NCBI RefSeq assembly: GCF_036365525.1
Contig: NC_090404.1
Coordinates: 3,224,001-3,288,000 of the forward strand
Direction of reading: 5' to 3'
DNA length: 64,000 bases
DNA from: Heterodontus francisci
Taxonomy: Eukaryota
Shown here: in pieces, positions 62,009-64,000 of the stretch
Layout: each line of letters opens with the position of its first letter
Numbering within the stretch: position 1 is the first letter of the stretch
Program-made: the position numbers and the translations under genes
The notes under the pieces: model-generated
Told to the model about the DNA's origin: nothing
Databases searched by the model: none
Seen by the model: the letters and a program-made list of their open reading frames with translations, nothing else

Positions 62009-62599
62009 CCTCATATCACTTTTGCTTCTCTTAACAAATGCTTTAAATCTGTGCCCTCTGGTTCTCGATCCTTCACTTCATTGCAAGACAGAAGATCCAT
62101 ATCAGCAATGACAGAGCTTTTCATATTTCTTAGAGGTTTTCATAAATTTAATATGGGACAAAGTTTCAAACTTCTGCAATATTTTCCTCATTCATGAAGG
62201 TATGATTTCCTCCCTGAAAATGAGGAGTGACATGAATCAGTTATTACCTCAATAAGGCAGCTTACTATACTATCTGGTAAATAAATTAACACTTTAAACA
62301 AAATCAATCTCACAAATTGGTGATTCTGTGAATAGTGCTCAGGATGTGTGTATGGATTTTAGGAAGTAAAACTAAGGGAGGTAATTAGGATTTTCACCGA
62401 AATAACAGTCTTGCGTGTCGCCGAAAATGCCACAATTACAATGTTAATTTAAATGATGGCTAAGGTAAAGTGTATTAACAATTGGACGAACCGCATACCT
62501 CTTGGTAGCATTCCGACTTTACATTTCACTGTTGCTCAGTCCAATAGCTTTTTAGATGCTGGCTCTTTGGAGCCGAGAAGGGGAAGGCGTGACTGAACA

Positions 62600-62955
62600 G
62601 AGGTGTTGGAAATTCTGAGCGGTTGTGATAGAGTAAAGAAGGAGAAAGTGACAGGACAGTCGTTAACCAGAGGGCGCAGCTTTCAAATAACTCCCAATAA
62701 AGAAAGACAGAGGGAGGACGTGGAGGGTGCTTTTTTTTTTGGAAATAGCGGGTATGTTATGAATGCCGTACCTGGAAGCAGATTCGGTAACTTTCAAAAG
62801 GAAACTGGATATATAATTGCATAGGAGAAACTTGCAGGGCTAAGCGGGAAGAGCAGGTGAGGGAAGGAGATAAAGCAGATACCTCTTTCAAAGAGCTAGC
62901 ACAGGCACGATGGGCTGAACGGCCTCTCTCCATATTGTACAATTTTATAATTCTC
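62600..62955 (+). mobile_element. Old CR1 3' fragment
   Basis: gagctagcacaggcacgatgggctgaacggcct tail; similar remnants at 59490-59710, 63565-63770 and 39060-39370. Confidence 0.6.
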
Positions 62956-64000
62956 AGAAGAGTTGTTCGTCTTTTCAACTTAATCGCGCGCGTCATTCTC
63001 CTCCAAGGCTGCTAATCTCTGACAATACGATAGAGGCACTGTTGCACTGAGCGACTTGAAGCGGCTCAGCTCACTGCACAGTGAATTTTGGATTAAACTT
63101 TTAAATGCTCAATCATCAAATCCGCTTAGAAGTCATAATCATGTGCTGAATAATTCACAAACTAGGCACGAGATTACATTGTTTGCATCGTTCAGGCCGA
63201 ATAACACAAGACATAATCTTTTTCCTTATTTCTGTTTTTGCTTGTTTTGCTTTCTTACCATTTTAATTTTAACGTTTCAATCGTGTTGTTTTCTGGATGT
63301 CTTGGTATCGAGAGGAGAAACAGAGCCTTCAAATTTATCCTGTTTTATTATGATGGGAAATAACTGCACATTTGAAAGGGAGGATGAAAAGCTTTTATTA
63401 CAATAAAGAACATGAAAAAACAGAAATGAGAGAGCTCTTCAAATTGTTAAAAAGGCTGATATAAGTTAACTAGGGAATAGACATATTCACAATGGCCGAT
63501 CAGTCGATAACTAACCAGTGCTAATTTAATGACACCACAAAATGATTTCTGGATCAGCTCCTTTACCCAGAAAGTGGTGAGAATGTGAAACTCACTACCA
63601 CAGGATACAGTTCAGGCGATTAGCAGGGATGCATTGAAAAGGAAGATAGATAAAGACATGAGGGCGAAAGTAGCAGAAGAAGAAGCTGATAGGTTAAAAT
63701 GCAGTCGGGTGGGAGGAGGTTTCTGTGGAGCAGAGACACCGGCACAGACCCAACTGACCGAGTGGTCTTAAAGAAAGTGAGATTGCGGAGAGAATGACCA
63801 AATTCTGCGTTGCAAAAATACGACGAGTTTATTGAAAAGTAAAGTGACAGCAAATCAGAGAAATACCATTTTCTGAAAAGATGATACTCCAAATGATATT
63901 TTCAGAATAGCGATACAACTTCATTTATTAAATGTCACGGCATATCTGTTTGTTTCTTGGCTTTATTGCCACCCAGGTTATGCTTTTATCTGCGATTGAA

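Noticed and set aside
63077-63083. Isolated CACAGTG heptamer (others at 32567 and 10906)
   Set aside because: No nonamer at 12 or 23 bp
52160-64000. TCR delta constant exons or an inverted V gene
   Set aside because: No Ig-domain motifs (Cys..Trp..YxC), transmembrane exon or 23-RSS recognised

Overview
Eukaryotic, AT-rich vertebrate DNA, most likely from a cartilaginous fish (shark or ray), judged from the CR1-type LINEs and an HE1-like V-SINE. Positions ~0.6-48.7 kb hold a large minus-strand array of antigen-receptor joining (J) gene segments. Each consists of a nonamer/12-bp spacer/heptamer recombination signal (12-RSS), a 51-69 bp exon encoding an FGxG(T/S) motif, and a phase-1 GT splice donor. 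I read 63 well-formed segments (w1-w63, numbered left to right; 4 look defective and 2 have an altered FGxG) plus about 7 decayed remnants. A D-less array of more than 60 12-RSS J segments fits the T-cell receptor alpha J (TRAJ) cluster. C-alpha would lie left of the window and C-delta/V genes to the right; no V, D or C exon was recognised here. The left 30 kb is built from tandem duplications: a ~1.45-kb two-J unit and a ~4-5-kb eight-J cassette with deletion derivatives. The 30-48.7 kb zone has single-copy, more divergent Js. Right of the last J lie a 59/67-bp minisatellite split by a LINE, a LINE-derived quasi-palindrome and nested CR1 fragments. Apart from the J exons and decayed LINE ORF2 pieces, the ORF track appears to be noise. 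All coordinates were counted by hand.
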